Shown here piece after piece: positions 8,406 to 25,539 of a DNA stretch of 64,000 nucleotides. This DNA is from Dehalococcoidia bacterium (lineage in GTDB: Bacteria; Chloroflexota; Dehalococcoidia; UBA2979). Position 1 is the stretch's first letter; every line of letters starts with the position of its first letter. Location of the stretch: assembly GCA_965219085.1 (NCBI GenBank), contig OZ244720.1, positions 96,001-160,000 of the forward strand. The letters run 5' to 3'. The notes below the pieces were generated by a model that had not been told where the DNA came from, did not search any database, and worked only from the letters and a program-made list of their open reading frames with translations. The position numbers were made by a program, and so were the translations under genes.

Positions 8406-9206
8406 ATGACGACAGCAGAACAGTTCTTCACGATCGCGTGGCCCGGCGGAATGATGGGGCTCCGATGCATCGGGGTTGAGCCTGTCGGGGACAATCAGGT
8501 TGCCATAGTTCAAGAGGCCATGGAGCAGTTCGCTACCGAGTCCCACCTGATGTTCATCTGGTACATCGGCGTGCTGAACAGCCGTGAGGCCATTCAGCGT
8601 CAACTCTCTGACAGCATCGCACCCGAGAGTCCAGTCGCCGTCGTCAGCGCACGGGACGATGGCACAACCCGATCGATACGCACTCGAGTTCGCGGCGCCG
8701 AGGCTACTGACGCCATCGCGAGAGGAGCGGAGTTCGAGCGGTTGTACGCCAGATCGCACATCATCTCCGTGTTCACACTCTGGGAGGAGCTCATTCGTCC
8801 AAAGATCGCCGACGCGCTCGGCGTTGACCGAAACGCGGTGACTTCTGATCTCATGGGCGATTGGAGACATCTGAGAAACTGGCTCGTGCATCCGAAAGAC
8901 AGCACAGAAGAGGACTACTTCAACAACGCTCAGGCGCTGTCGGAGGCGCTGGGCTCACAGCGAGGGAGACCTGAGATCACGGCTGGCGGCGTTCTCGTCC
9001 TGATGGAACGGCTGAACGCACTTGCGGTGGTGGTGAACCCCCACAACCAAGAGCCACTCACACAGTTCGTTCCTCCAGACCCAGAGACGTGGGCGAAGAT
9101 ACAGCGAAGCCTTGGTCCTAACGACAGGGTCCTCCCAATGTGGCCCGGGGGCACCACATCCGAACAACGATCGGAGCCCTCGGGGGATCTCCCGACGACA
9201 TACTAA
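8406..9206 (+). CDS. Hypothetical protein with HEPN-like RNxxxH motif
   Basis: Codon usage differs from core genes; VFTLWEE helix and WRHLRNWLVH motif. Confidence 0.6.
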   Translation: MTTAEQFFTIAWPGGMMGLRCIGVEPVGDNQVAIVQEAMEQFATESHLMFIWYIGVLNSREAIQRQLSDSIAPESPVAVVSARDDGTTRSIRTRVRGAEATDAIARGAEFERLYARSHIISVFTLWEELIRPKIADALGVDRNAVTSDLMGDWRHLRNWLVHPKDSTEEDYFNNAQALSEALGSQRGRPEITAGGVLVLMERLNALAVVVNPHNQEPLTQFVPPDPETWAKIQRSLGPNDRVLPMWPGGTTSEQRSEPSGDLPTTY

Positions 9207-9536
9207 GCGAGGAACTAACACCAGATTCCTCTGGAGCCGCCGGGCCAACTCTCGCAACACTGACACCGCCCTTCGCGGCCTCAGTCGGGTCCCGCAAGAC
9301 GCCCTACGGCACACGGGACGCGCGCGCCGACAGTAGACCGACTCAGAGCGCCCACAACTAGCTCGAAGGTTCGTCGTACGGTCTCCCCTGGGGAGCCAAC
9401 CCGAGACCCGCCTGATGCGGCGATTGCGGCTGCGATCGTGAGCGGCCAAGTCTGACGAGATGTGGCTCGCCGTAACACACCGCAAGCTGTGCGGGGCACG
9501 TGAGGAACCCGGATCCTCAGCCGCGCCTCGCGCCGC

Positions 9537-16199
<6,663 letters not shown>

Positions 16200-16580
16200 G
16201 AGGCGCCCCGCATCGTGCCGAGGCGGGTGAGCGTGCGAACGAAGACGCCGAGGGGTGAGAGAGCCGGCTCGCGAGGGCGGCCTGCGCCACGCCGTGCGAA
16301 AGTATGGCTACCTCGGGTGCCAGAAAGCGGGACGCGATCGGGCATGGAACGGCTCGCAAGCTCGCCCACGCCGGGGGTTAATGTACACGTGAATCGGCAC
16401 TTAAGCCATATACAGCCGAATAGGTGCCAGGATTGGAGGACCGTCGCCGATACGAGATTGCCCGTGCTCACGCAGCAGTCCGGGCTCAGGGGACCTCGTC
16501 TCGGCCGGCCGCCCCGACCAGCCAGGCTCTTACGTCAATCTACGACGGCTTATGTGTAGTAGCAGCCCGGACTGGCCGCG

Positions 16581-18968
16581 TTACGTCAAGTCACGCTCCC
16601 GCAGGCCCGCATGGCCGCCCGTCCCCACGACCACGGGCTGGAGTTCCCTCGCCCGCTCGATGGTGAGCCGCGGCAGCATGCGATCGAGCCAGCGCGGCAC
16701 CCACCAGTTGCGCTCACCCAGCAGCTCCATCGCCGCCGGCACCAGCAACAGCCGCACCACCGTCGCGTCGAGGAGCACGGCCACAGCCAAGCCGAGCCCG
16801 AACATCTTGATCGCGCGGTTGTCCTCGAACACGAAGCTCCCGAAGACCACGACCATGATCGCGGCCGCTGCCGTGATGACCTGGGCGGTCGAGGCGAGCC
16901 CGTCCGCGACCGAGCCCACCGCGTCGCCGCTGCGGTCGTACTCCTCGCGCATGCGCGAGAGCAGGAACACCTCGTAGTCCATGGAGAGTCCGAAGACGAT
17001 CGCGAACAGCATCATCGGGATGAACGGCTCGATCGGGCCCGCGTCGACGCCGATCACCGAGCCGAACCAGCCCTGCTGGAACACCATGACGACCACGCCG
17101 TAGGCGGCGGCTATCGAAAGCAGGTTCATGATCACTGCCTTGAGCGGCACCAGCACGGACCGGAACACCACCATCAGCAGGATGAACGAGAGCACGAGCA
17201 CAGCCGCGAAGAAGACGGGGGTGCGTCCGGCAAGGTAGTCGGTGAAGTCGATGCCCAGCCCGACGATGCCGGTGACGCTCACCTGCAGCTCGCTCCCGGC
17301 CACGGCTGCGGGGATCACGTCGGTTCGCAGCCGGCCGACGAGCTCTGTGGTCGCCGGATCCTGCGGCGAGGTCGCCGGGAACACCTGCACCATGTACGCG
17401 GACGCGTTCGCAGGATCGTCGAGGTCGTTGGGCAGCGGGCCGTTCACCGAGACGACGCCCTCGGCGGCCCCGAGCGCGGCGAGGAGCGGCCCGACGGCGG
17501 CGTGATCCTGCGCGACTTGCGGTTCGACGGTCACGAGCAGGGGCCCGGTGAAGCCGGGGCCGAAGCCATCGGCCAGGAGGTCGTAGGCGCGGCGCGTCGT
17601 CGTCCCCTCGGGGAAGTTCCCGTCGTCGGCGAACCCGAGCTGCAGCGACCGCACGGGCGACGCCATCGCGAGCAGCAGCGCCGCACCGGCGATGAGTGCG
17701 ATCCACGGGTGGGACTGCACCAGGCGGCTCCAGCGCCAGGCGACCGTGCGCTCAAGCGGCACTCGCGGCCGCCCCGGAACGACCGCGCGCAGCGGCCGGA
17801 CCACGAACCCCGCGAGGAAGACGATGACGGCGAGCGGCGCGCCGAGCAGCAGCGGCCTGAAGCCCAGGCCCACGCCGAGCAGCGCCACCGCAATGCACGC
17901 AGCGGCGACCAGCCCGCGCCATTGCGTGATCTCGATGCGGTCGCGCACGAACGCGATGAGTGCCGGGAGCAGCGTGACGGAGGCGATCATCGTCGCCCCC
18001 ACGGTGAGCGCCGCCGCGACCGCGAGGCCGGTAATGAACGGGAGCCCCATCAACAGCAACCCAAGGAGCGAGACCACCACCGTCAACCCGGCGAAGATCA
18101 CCGCTCGCCCGGCGGTGTCGAAGGCGACGAGGGCGGATGGCTCCACGGCGCCATCCTCGGCGAGACCGTCGCGGTAGCGCGTGACGATGAACAGCGCGTA
18201 GTCGATGCCGACGCCGATACCGATCATCGCCCCGATCGTGGTCGCGAACTCGGGGATCGACAGCACGTTGGACAGCACCACGGTCAGCGCGAGACCGACG
18301 CCCACGCCGGCCACCGCCACGGCGAGCGGCAACCCCATCGCCATCACCGACCCGAACGCGAGGATCAGCACGACGATCGCGAAGGCGAGGCCGATGAACT
18401 CGGACTGTGGCGGCTCGAACTCGCTCAGCGCTTCGCCGCCGATCTCCACCTGCAGCCCGGGGAGTTCGGGGATGACTCGGATGAACTCAGCGCCGAGGTC
18501 AGACGTCTCGTTGAAATCGAGATCCGGGGCCAGGTCGATGCGCGCGAACGCGACGAGGCCGTCAGCGCTGACCTGCGGGCGCCCCGGTGCGTGAGGAAGA
18601 TTCGGTGCCTGCTGCGTCGGGGTCTCGGGGACAGGAATCGTCACCAGGTACGGGCTGGATACGGTCACGCCCTCGTACGACCGGACCGCCGCGAACATCT
18701 CCTCCATGGCGGCCCGCACCGCGGGGTCGTCCACGCCGGACTCGGAGTAGAAGACGATCGAGCCGCTGAGGCCGCTGCCAACGCCTCCGAAGTGCTCCTC
18801 AAGGACGTCGAACCCGCGGCTGCTATCCGACTCCGGCGCCTGCAACTCCGCCAGGAACGATGGGCCCACGGCACCCGCCGCAGCCAGGGCAACGATGAGT
18901 ACGACCACCCAGGCGGCCACCGTTTTGCGCGGGTTGCGGAAGCACCACCCGCCAATCCGAACGAGCAT
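16581..18968 (-). CDS. MMPL-family (RND) transporter
   Basis: GIGVGIDYALFIVTRYR and FGLSMDYEVFLLSR motifs; two membrane domains. Confidence 0.93.
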   Translation of the reverse strand: MLVRIGGWCFRNPRKTVAAWVVVLIVALAAAGAVGPSFLAELQAPESDSSRGFDVLEEHFGGVGSGLSGSIVFYSESGVDDPAVRAAMEEMFAAVRSYEGVTVSSPYLVTIPVPETPTQQAPNLPHAPGRPQVSADGLVAFARIDLAPDLDFNETSDLGAEFIRVIPELPGLQVEIGGEALSEFEPPQSEFIGLAFAIVVLILAFGSVMAMGLPLAVAVAGVGVGLALTVVLSNVLSIPEFATTIGAMIGIGVGIDYALFIVTRYRDGLAEDGAVEPSALVAFDTAGRAVIFAGLTVVVSLLGLLLMGLPFITGLAVAAALTVGATMIASVTLLPALIAFVRDRIEITQWRGLVAAACIAVALLGVGLGFRPLLLGAPLAVIVFLAGFVVRPLRAVVPGRPRVPLERTVAWRWSRLVQSHPWIALIAGAALLLAMASPVRSLQLGFADDGNFPEGTTTRRAYDLLADGFGPGFTGPLLVTVEPQVAQDHAAVGPLLAALGAAEGVVSVNGPLPNDLDDPANASAYMVQVFPATSPQDPATTELVGRLRTDVIPAAVAGSELQVSVTGIVGLGIDFTDYLAGRTPVFFAAVLVLSFILLMVVFRSVLVPLKAVIMNLLSIAAAYGVVVMVFQQGWFGSVIGVDAGPIEPFIPMMLFAIVFGLSMDYEVFLLSRMREEYDRSGDAVGSVADGLASTAQVITAAAAIMVVVFGSFVFEDNRAIKMFGLGLAVAVLLDATVVRLLLVPAAMELLGERNWWVPRWLDRMLPRLTIERARELQPVVVGTGGHAGLRERDLT

Positions 18969-19176
18969 CGTGGTCCCCGTCTGCGCGTGCACGCGGGCGC
19001 ACCGTCGGCGCCTCGAGTGTCGGCTGGTGGGAGTAGCGCCATTCGAAGTTAACAGCGTGACACGCAAGGGCCAATCGACCGCGTGCTCCGCGCCGAGCCC
19101 GCTCGCGCGTTGACACCCGCCGCGGCCCTCGCTACGAAGAACGCACCACCACGAGCACTACGGAAAGGAAGCAACG

Positions 19177-20289
19177 ATGGCTGACGAGTGGCAGGCGGCA
19201 TGGCAGGGAACGGTCGACGCGGTCGGCGGGGACTTCTCGGGCGGGGTGCAGAGCACGGCGGTCGACCAGATCGAGCTGGGCGCGGTACGCAAGTTCCTCG
19301 AGCCGCTCGAACTCGACTGCCCGCTGCACTACGACCCCGACGCGGCGAAGCAGCACGGCTACCGCAACGTGCTCGCGCCGGTCGCCGGCATCTCGTCGAC
19401 GTGGCTCGACGCCGGGCTGTGGCGGCCGGGCATGGGCAGCCGCTACCCGCAGGCCCACCCCCACGTCGACATTCCGCGCGCCCGCGCCGGGGAGGCGCCG
19501 GAGCCGCCGATGCCCGAGACTACGGCAGGATTCGCGACCGACATCGAGATCGAGTACTTCGAGCCGGCGGTCGTCGGTGACCGCCTGACGGTGCGCGGCC
19601 GCACGCTGCTCTCGTGCGTGCCGCGCGAGACGCGCGTCGGGCGCGGCGCGTTCATGGTGTGGGAGCGCGAGGTCGTCAACCAGGACGGCGCGCGCGTGGC
19701 GCTGCTGCGCAACGGCGGCTACTCCTACGTGCCCCTCGACGCGCCCGGGGACGCCTCCTCGCCGCGCGAGCCGGAGGCCGCGGAGGGAGCAGCGCCCGAG
19801 GAGGACCTGATCGCGATCCGCAACGTCGACCCCGGCGACCCGCCGGCCGTCGACTGGTCGGAGCAACGCTACTGGGAGGACGTGCAGGAGGGCGACGCGA
19901 TGCCGCCGGTCACCGTCAACCTGACCATCGCCCGCCTCGTCGTCGAGGCCGGTGCGAACCGCGACTTCAACCAGATCCACCACAACACGCCGGTCTCGAT
20001 CGCGACCGGCGCGCCTGACATGTACGCCAACAACGGCTTCATCCAGGCGTGGTGGGAGCGCGCGGTGCGCGAGTACATCGGCCTCGGCGGGCGGTTCAGG
20101 AAGACCGGCCCGTTCCGCATGCGCATCTTCAACACCGTCGGCGAGTCGGCCGTCACGTCCGGCGCCGTGAAGCGCAAGTGGGTCGAGGACGGCGAGCACC
20201 TCGTGGAGATCGAGGTGCAGACCGAAATCTCGCGCGGCACCTCGGTCGGCCCCGGCCCGGTGGTCGTCAGCCTGCCGTCGCGCGGCTAG
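19177..20289 (+). CDS. Tandem MaoC/FAS1-like dehydratase (double hot-dog)
   Basis: PLHYDPDAA...GYR..LAP and ANRDFNQIHHN motifs. Confidence 0.8.
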   Translation: MADEWQAAWQGTVDAVGGDFSGGVQSTAVDQIELGAVRKFLEPLELDCPLHYDPDAAKQHGYRNVLAPVAGISSTWLDAGLWRPGMGSRYPQAHPHVDIPRARAGEAPEPPMPETTAGFATDIEIEYFEPAVVGDRLTVRGRTLLSCVPRETRVGRGAFMVWEREVVNQDGARVALLRNGGYSYVPLDAPGDASSPREPEAAEGAAPEEDLIAIRNVDPGDPPAVDWSEQRYWEDVQEGDAMPPVTVNLTIARLVVEAGANRDFNQIHHNTPVSIATGAPDMYANNGFIQAWWERAVREYIGLGGRFRKTGPFRMRIFNTVGESAVTSGAVKRKWVEDGEHLVEIEVQTEISRGTSVGPGPVVVSLPSRG

Positions 20290-20356
20290 ACGAGAGCCCG
20301 CTCACCGGCGTGCGCTTCGCGGTGCGCGCCGGGGAGCGAGCGGCTATGCTGGGGCC

Positions 20357-21232
20357 GTGAACGAACTGCTGATCGAAGAGCGGCCCCAGCTCGACCGCCC
20401 CATCCTGCTCGCGGCGTGGTCCGGGTGGAACGACGCCGGCGAATCGGCGACCGGCGCGCTGCGCTTCATGCTGCGGCGCTGGCGCTCGAAGGCCATCGCA
20501 CGCATCGATCCCGAGACGTTCTACGACTTCACGCAGGCGCGCCCGCGCGTACGCCTGGAGAACGGCGAGCGCGTCCTCGACTGGCCGAAGAACGAGTTCT
20601 CGCCACACCACCGAGCCGGCACGGACGCGGACATCATCGTCATGCTCGGCATCGAGCCGCACCTCGCGTGGCACGCGTACAGCGAGGCGATCGTGGAGTT
20701 CTGCAAGACCTTCGAGGTCGGGCACGTCGTCACCCTCGGCGCGCTGCTTGCCGAGGCGAGCCACGCGCGGCCGATCACCGTCAGTGGGTCGTCCGAGGAC
20801 CCCGACTTCCGCGAGCTACTCGGGCTGCCCGAGCCGCGCACGACCGGGTACGAGGGCCCCACGGGCATCGTCGGCGTCGTCAACAACCGCCTCCGCGACG
20901 AGGGCCTCAAGACGGCGTCGATGTGGGCGAACGTGCCGCATTACGTCAACGCATCGCCCAACCCCAAGGGCGCGCTCGCGCTACTCGAACAGCTCAACGA
21001 CTCGCTGCGGCTCGACCTCAGCCTCCACGACCTCGAGGTGTTCGCGGCGCGCTTCGACGCCCAGGTGGGCACCGAGATCGCCAAGAACCCCGAGATGGTG
21101 GACTACGCCCGCCGCATCGAGGAGCAGCTCGACGCCGAGGCCGACGAGGAGCCGGCGGCGGAGCTGCCGGACGCGCAGGACATGGTCGACGAGCTCGAGC
21201 GCTTCCTCCGCCAGCAGCGCGACTCCGACTAA
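20357..21232 (+). CDS. PAC2 (proteasome assembly chaperone) family protein
   Basis: GWNDAGESAT, FYDFT..RP, YEGPTGIVG, WANVPHYV...PNPK. Confidence 0.92.
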   Translation: MNELLIEERPQLDRPILLAAWSGWNDAGESATGALRFMLRRWRSKAIARIDPETFYDFTQARPRVRLENGERVLDWPKNEFSPHHRAGTDADIIVMLGIEPHLAWHAYSEAIVEFCKTFEVGHVVTLGALLAEASHARPITVSGSSEDPDFRELLGLPEPRTTGYEGPTGIVGVVNNRLRDEGLKTASMWANVPHYVNASPNPKGALALLEQLNDSLRLDLSLHDLEVFAARFDAQVGTEIAKNPEMVDYARRIEEQLDAEADEEPAAELPDAQDMVDELERFLRQQRDSD

Positions 21233-21355
21233 TTGACGGGGATACTGAATTAGGTTCCACCGCGGTGGCACCAACCGCCAGCCTGTCGTGCATGCCCATG
21301 ACAACCACGGTCCGTTTTTCTGCCCGCCATCGAGAGCCGAATGGGAGTCCGACTC

Positions 21356-22243
21356 ATGCCAACCCGTACGCGTGTGGAGAAGCGCCTTGCGACCCTACGC
21401 GACGAACTAACCCTCGTGACGGCGTTCCAGCAGAAGTGGGAGGCGTTGACGGCGTTCACGGTGGAGATGCTCGGGCAGGATGCGATCAGCATGGAGGAAA
21501 TCGAGAAGTTCGATGAACAGCGAGGGGACCTGAATCGGCTTCTTCCTCGTGTAGCCCACCGCCTCGGGAAGCCGCTTGCTCTAAGGTCTCAATTCGGTGT
21601 AACAGAGCAGATTGACGTGTTTGGATTCCTATTAGAGACCGTTCCCCACCTTGGCTCGCTGGCTGGCGACTCCATCCTCGGGATTGAGCAGCAGTATCGG
21701 CAGCGATTCTTCGAGACTCGCGCTCTCGCGAACGCCGCGGTCCAGCGTGCGATAGGGGCCCTTGAACGCGACATCGCCACTGTGGAGGCTGGTCCCTCGA
21801 TCATCGACGCACTGGCTGATCAAGCCGCTGAGACCGGCATAACCGGGTTCCTGTCGCATCTCGAGGAGGCCGAGACGCACTTCGAGGACGACGCGTTTGA
21901 AGATGCGATTCACAGATCGCGCCGCGCTATTGAGCGCCTAGCTACCGAAATCGCAAACGCTGTGAGCAAGACACCGCGGAAGCGAAAATTCAGCGACGCC
22001 ATGAGCGCCTTGAAGGATGTGGGTATCGTCGACGATGCCACCCATCGCTCGATCGTCACGCCTAACGTGGGCTTCTGGGGATGGACGTCGGCGATCGGTA
22101 CTCACGATGAGGATGATCCTGCGGGAAGCTTCGAGGCTGGAGCCGCCGAAGCTCGACTTGCCATCGAGCATGCACGTGCGATTGCGGAGTACCTCCTTTC
22201 ACGGGTCACTCAGCATCTCGCGGACGAAGACAGCACTTCGTAA
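21356..22243 (+). CDS. Hypothetical protein with C-terminal HEPN/Abi_C-like helical domain
   Basis: Lower GC3 than neighbours; EDAIHRSRRAIE...SAIGTH...AEARLAI pattern; start 21341 or 21356. Confidence 0.5.
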   Translation: MPTRTRVEKRLATLRDELTLVTAFQQKWEALTAFTVEMLGQDAISMEEIEKFDEQRGDLNRLLPRVAHRLGKPLALRSQFGVTEQIDVFGFLLETVPHLGSLAGDSILGIEQQYRQRFFETRALANAAVQRAIGALERDIATVEAGPSIIDALADQAAETGITGFLSHLEEAETHFEDDAFEDAIHRSRRAIERLATEIANAVSKTPRKRKFSDAMSALKDVGIVDDATHRSIVTPNVGFWGWTSAIGTHDEDDPAGSFEAGAAEARLAIEHARAIAEYLLSRVTQHLADEDSTS

Positions 22244-22330
22244 GCCGCTGCACGGAGGGACCTCCCAGCCGCTCGGGCACGGTTGGCCGCTTGTGAAGGG
22301 CGGTGCTATCCTCCTCAGCGAACGCACGCG

Positions 22331-22364
22331 GTCTTTAAGCCGGTCCCGCGAGGCCGGGAAGGAC
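22331..22364 (+). promoter_or_regulatory. PyrR binding loop (pyrimidine attenuation)
   Basis: GTCTTTAAGCCGGTCCCGCGAGGCCGGGAAGGAC matches the CUUUAA...RGUCCNGNGAGGY...AAGG consensus, upstream of pyrR. Confidence 0.88.
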
Positions 22365-22427
22365 GCAGGACATGACGCAAGGACCCGTACCGACGTTCTT
22401 TGCGCCTGATGGCGTGCACGCTGATCC

Positions 22428-22453
22428 CCTCCCCATCGGCGGGAGGTTTTTTT
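22428..22453 (+). terminator. Attenuator terminator of the pyr leader
   Basis: CCTCCC-7nt-GGGAGG followed by T7. Confidence 0.85.
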
Positions 22454-22499
22454 AGGCCATGACCCCTTACCAGACGCTCCCCGAGGCAGGCCAACCGTG

Positions 22500-23075
22500 A
22501 TGGAGCAGTCGCCCGCGGGTGAAACCGTCGGCACGGCCCCCGGTCCAGTCCTCGACGCTGACGGCATCCGCCGTACCATGCAGCGCCTCGCGCACGAGAT
22601 CGTCGAGCGCAACGGCGGCGTCGACCACCTCGTGCTCGTCGGCGTCCAGCGCCGCGGCGTGACGCTCGCCGAGCGCCTCGCCTCGTTCATCGAGGAGTTC
22701 GAGGGCGTTCGAGTGCCGATCGGCCGCCTCGACGTGACCCTGCACCGCGACGACCTCGCATCGCGCGGCCTGCGCACCGCGCCGCAACCCAGCGACCTCC
22801 CCGACATCGAGGGCCAACACCTGGTGCTTGTCGACGACGTGCTCTTCACGGGCCGCACCGTGCGGGCCGCGCTCGACTCGCTCAACGACTTCGGCCGGCC
22901 GCACCTCGTGCGGCTCGCTGTGCTCATTGACCGCGGCCACCGCGAGCTGCCGATCCGCGCCGACATCGTGGGCAAGAACATCCCCACCACGCGCAACGAC
23001 CAGGTGCAGGTGCTCCTCGAGGAGGACGACGGCCGCGACGCCGTGGTCGTCTTTCCGGGGGGTGATCGACCATGA
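22500..23075 (+). CDS. pyrR: Bifunctional pyr regulator / uracil phosphoribosyltransferase
   Basis: [41 protein letters not shown]. Confidence 0.97.
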   Translation: MEQSPAGETVGTAPGPVLDADGIRRTMQRLAHEIVERNGGVDHLVLVGVQRRGVTLAERLASFIEEFEGVRVPIGRLDVTLHRDDLASRGLRTAPQPSDLPDIEGQHLVLVDDVLFTGRTVRAALDSLNDFGRPHLVRLAVLIDRGHRELPIRADIVGKNIPTTRNDQVQVLLEEDDGRDAVVVFPGGDRP

Positions 23076-24166
23076 CCACCGAAACCACGGGTGCGAGGCA
23101 GACCGGCGTGGCCGGCGCGCCGGACCCCGCAATCGGCGATAACGCGGCGCAGCCCGCGCCGTCCGAAGCTGACCCGGTGTGGCAGCACCGCCACGTGCTT
23201 GACCTCGACGACTTCACGACCGACGAGATCGTGACCGTGCTCGATCTCGCCGACCGCATGCAGGAGGTGCTGGAGCGGCGTATCGCGCGCGTCCCCGCGC
23301 TACGCGGGCACACGGTCGTGAACCTCTTCTACGAGCCCTCGACGCGCACGCGCGCCTCGTTCGAGCTCGCGGGCAAGGTGCTGGGCGCCGACGTGATCAG
23401 CCTGACCGTCGCCACCTCCGCGGTGCAGAAGGGCGAGTCGCTGATCGACACCGTGCGCACGCTGCGGGCGATGGGCGCGGACAGCATCGTCATCCGCCAC
23501 GCGTCGTCGGGCGCGCCCTACCTGGCGGCGCGCCACACGAACGCCTCGATCGTGAACGCCGGCGACGGAGCGCACGCGCACCCGACGCAGGCACTGCTCG
23601 ACCTCTACACGATTCGCTCGCACTTCGGCGACCTCGCCGGTAAGCGGGTGGCGATGATCGGCGACATCTCGCACTCGCGCGTCGCGCGCTCCGACCTGTG
23701 GGGCCTCACGGCCCTCGGCGCGGACGTGGTGGTGTGCGGTCCGCCCACGCTGCTGCCAATCGGCCTCGACGCGAGCCAGCGTCCCGAGCACGCGCAGCAG
23801 GCGCTGCCGCCCGTGCAGATCGAGACGGACATCGAGCGGGCGATCGAGGGCGCGGACGTCGTGATGGCGCTGCGGCTCCAGAGCGAGCGTCAGCAGGGCG
23901 GCCTGCTGCCCTCGCTGCACGAGTATGCGCTGCACTACCAGGTGACCGCCGAACGCCTCTCGCGTGCCCACCCCGACCACCTGCTCATGCACCCCGGCCC
24001 GAAGAACGAGGGCGTCGAGATCGCCCGCGACGTCGCCGCCGGCGCGCACTCCATCATCGAGCAGCAGGTCACGAACGGCGTCGCCGTGCGGATGGCGCTG
24101 CTCTCGCTGCTCGCGCTCGGAGCCGACGGCAGAGGCACAGCGACGGGCGAGGGGAGTGCATCGTGA
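23072..24166 (+). CDS. pyrB: Aspartate carbamoyltransferase catalytic subunit
   Basis: [29 protein letters not shown]. Confidence 0.97.
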   Translation: MTTETTGARQTGVAGAPDPAIGDNAAQPAPSEADPVWQHRHVLDLDDFTTDEIVTVLDLADRMQEVLERRIARVPALRGHTVVNLFYEPSTRTRASFELAGKVLGADVISLTVATSAVQKGESLIDTVRTLRAMGADSIVIRHASSGAPYLAARHTNASIVNAGDGAHAHPTQALLDLYTIRSHFGDLAGKRVAMIGDISHSRVARSDLWGLTALGADVVVCGPPTLLPIGLDASQRPEHAQQALPPVQIETDIERAIEGADVVMALRLQSERQQGGLLPSLHEYALHYQVTAERLSRAHPDHLLMHPGPKNEGVEIARDVAAGAHSIIEQQVTNGVAVRMALLSLLALGADGRGTATGEGSAS

Positions 24167-25539
24167 CCACCCTCGCGATCCACAACGGCCGGGTCATTGA
24201 CCCGGCGCTCGGCCGCGACGGCGTCGCCGACGTGGTCATCGTCGACGGACGCGTGGCGCGCGTCGGGCCCGGCGAGGGCGACGCCGTCGTCGAGGCCGAC
24301 CGCATCGACGCGACCGGGCTGGTCGTGGCGCCGGGATTCGTCGACCTGCACGTGCATCTCCGCGAGCCGGGGTTCGAATACAAGGAGACGATCGCGACCG
24401 GCACCGCCGCCGCGGCGCGCGGCGGCTTCACCACCGTCTGCGCGATGCCCAACACCGACCCGCCCCTCGACCGCCGCTCCGCCGTCGAGTCGGTGCTGCG
24501 GGAGGCCGAGCGTTCCGCGAGCGTGCGCGTGCTGCCGCTCGGCTGCATCACGAGCGGGCGCGCGGGCGCCGAACTAGCGCCTGCGGGCGAACTCGCGCAG
24601 GCGGGCGTCGTCGGGCTCTCCGACGACGGCGACGCGGTCGCCGACGCGCGGCTGATGCGCCACGCGCTCGAGTACGCGACGCGCTTCGGGCTGCCGATCG
24701 TGCAGCACTGCGAGGATCCGGCGCTCGTCTTCGAAGGCCAGATGCACGAGGGCTGGGTCGCCGCCCGGCTCGGGCTGCGAGGGCGCCCTTCAAGTGCCGA
24801 GGAGACGCTGGTCGCGCGCGACATCGCGCTGGCGGAGCTGGCGAACGCGCACCTCCACATCCAGCACGTCTCCACGGCCGGCTCGGTCACGCTCATCCGC
24901 GCGGCGCGGGCGCGCGGCACGCACGTCACCGCCGAGGTGACGCCCCACCACCTCACGCTCACGCACGAGGAGGTCGGCTTCACGCCGGCCGCGCGCGACG
25001 CCTCGAACGGCAACGGCGCGGAAGCCTACCGCGAGATCGCCTACCACACCAACGCGAAGGTGAACCCGCCGCTGCGCGAGCAGCACGACGTCGACGCATG
25101 CGTCGAGGCGCTGCGCGACGGGGTCATCGACGCCATCGCGACGGACCACGCGCCCCACGCGGCCTCGGACAAGGAGATCGAGTTCGACCTCGCGGCGGCC
25201 GGCATCAGCGGCCTCGAGACGGCGTTCGGTGCGGCGATGAGCCTGGTGCACGAGGGCCGCGTCACGCTGCCGATGCTGATCGAGCGGTTGACCGCCGGGC
25301 CCGTCGGCGCGTGGGGGTTGGACCAGCACGCGGGCCTCGCGGGCCTCGGGACGCTGTCGCCGGGCGCGCTCGGCGACGTGGTGCTGCTCGACCCGGACGC
25401 CGAGTGGACGGTGAACCCCGACGAGTTCGCGTCGATGGGGAAGAACACGCCGCTGGCCGGTCGCAGCTTGCGCGGCCAGGTGGTCGCGACGGTCCTCGGC
25501 GGCCGTGTCGTGCACGCGCTGGCGGGTGCGGTCATATGA
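24163..25539 (+). CDS. pyrC: Dihydroorotase
   Basis: DLHVHLREPG, MPNT.P, KVNPPLR, IATDHAPH. Confidence 0.96.
   Translation: MTTLAIHNGRVIDPALGRDGVADVVIVDGRVARVGPGEGDAVVEADRIDATGLVVAPGFVDLHVHLREPGFEYKETIATGTAAAARGGFTTVCAMPNTDPPLDRRSAVESVLREAERSASVRVLPLGCITSGRAGAELAPAGELAQAGVVGLSDDGDAVADARLMRHALEYATRFGLPIVQHCEDPALVFEGQMHEGWVAARLGLRGRPSSAEETLVARDIALAELANAHLHIQHVSTAGSVTLIRAARARGTHVTAEVTPHHLTLTHEEVGFTPAARDASNGNGAEAYREIAYHTNAKVNPPLREQHDVDACVEALRDGVIDAIATDHAPHAASDKEIEFDLAAAGISGLETAFGAAMSLVHEGRVTLPMLIERLTAGPVGAWGLDQHAGLAGLGTLSPGALGDVVLLDPDAEWTVNPDEFASMGKNTPLAGRSLRGQVVATVLGGRVVHALAGAVI

Noticed and set aside
16200-16580. c-di-GMP riboswitch upstream of the giant surface gene
   Set aside because: Only partial words (GCACGGGCAA; GAAAG...GGGACGC), on opposite strands; the required stems are absent.
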